Shown: one piece after another, positions 63,528-64,000 of the stretch
Layout of the letters: each line of letters begins with the position of its first letter
Position numbering within the stretch: the first letter of the stretch is position 1
NCBI GenBank assembly: GCA_050015255.1
Contig: JBEKBT010000003.1
Coordinates: 2,593 to 66,592, forward strand
DNA: 64,000 bases
Reading direction: 5' to 3'
Source: Acidimicrobiales bacterium
Lineage (GTDB): Bacteria; Actinomycetota; Acidimicrobiia; Acidimicrobiales; Bog-793
Translations under genes and position numbers: made by a program
Notes under the pieces: generated by a model
Database searches by the model: none
Seen by the model: only the letters and a program-made list of their open reading frames with translations
What the model was told of the DNA's origin: nothing

Positions 63528-63895
63528 GCGCCATTCTATGCCGTACTCGGTCTCGGGGATCCAGGAGGTTCGGATGCCTCCGAGAAGGACGCCCCCGGTC
63601 GAAGCCGGGCGCGACGCCTTCGACTGAGCGCAGAGGGAAAGCGCCAGTCCGGGAGGATGCAGCCCACCAGGTCTCCGATGCGGTCCACGATTGCCGGCGA
63701 TGCCTCGAGGGCCTCCTGGGCTTCGGAAAGGTCGTCGTTGTTCCCCGAATGTTCCCGGCCCTGGCTCTGCGCAGGACCGGCCTTTTCAGCGGGCTTTCAA
63801 AGTCCCGCCCTAGCTCCGCCCTGCAGACAGAGGCTCCAAAGCTTCGGGACGATACGCGAAGCCGACGCTCCCCGGCTTCGTGGGAGCATGAAGAC

Positions 63896-64000
63896 AATGA
63901 GGTTGCGCGCCGTCGTGCCCGTCGTCTTGGTCCTGACTCTCGCCGCGTGCGGCAGTTCCCCGACAGTCTCGACCAAGTCGGTCCGCTTCCCGTTCATGGC
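63896..64000 (+). CDS. putative lipoprotein, N-terminal fragment (continues beyond the window)
   Basis: Hand translation: (MKT)MRLRAVVPVVLVLTLAACGSSPTVSTKSVRFPFM. This has a signal peptide with lipobox LAAC. GGGAG lies 10 nt upstream of the ATG at 63896; there is an alternative ATG at 63887. Confidence 0.5.

Noticed and set aside
63528-63886. 127-aa minus-strand ORF (63514..63897) upstream of the AcpS-like gene
   Set aside because: Its translation is Arg/Ser-rich and lacks motifs. It overlaps the acpS-like start and the divergent lipoprotein gene's promoter region, so the stretch is more likely an intergenic regulatory region.

Overview
This is a high-GC (about 65-70% by eye) chromosomal segment of actinobacterial type, densely coded, with about 55 protein-coding genes or gene remnants. 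I found no rRNA, tRNA, CRISPR array, IS element or transposase by eye. All calls come from hand inspection of the ORF track, remembered family motifs, start-codon arithmetic and gene overlaps. No BLAST or HMM search was possible, so family names are motif-level assignments.

Gene content, left to right:
- PD-(D/E)XK nuclease, PAP2 phosphatase, SPFH protein, YdjC-like protein, SCP2 protein and mca.
- A translationally coupled envelope-stress operon: pspA, pspAA-like, htpX, pspAB-like.
- xthA.
- Three large pseudopilin genes with no pilus assembly machinery in the window.
- fabZ, coupled to a gene for a Zc3h12a/NYN RNase + S1 + Lys/Ala/Pro-tail fusion protein.
- kgd, an S53 protease, and ftsEX-prfB-secA-miaB.
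- An MFS transporter, cysH, malic enzyme and mgsA.
- An esterase, mprF-like and membrane-protein operon.
- carAB with a low-GC phosphoribosyltransferase immediately upstream.
- A hutU...ftcD block embedded among dead genes.
- A lower-GC right-hand region carrying an M48 protease, LemA, a patatin and a wrecked alpha/beta hydrolase.

The most unusual locus sits in that right-hand region. It is an AcpS-type phosphopantetheinyl transferase gene overlapping an 823-aa gene whose product reads as adenylation domain, carrier domain and PlsC-type acyltransferase in one polypeptide.

A second theme is an unusually high density of gene remnants: PutA-like, methyltransferase, AcnX-like, NCS1 permease and alpha/beta hydrolase. 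Short tandem repeats also occur several times, both inside coding regions and at gene 3' ends.
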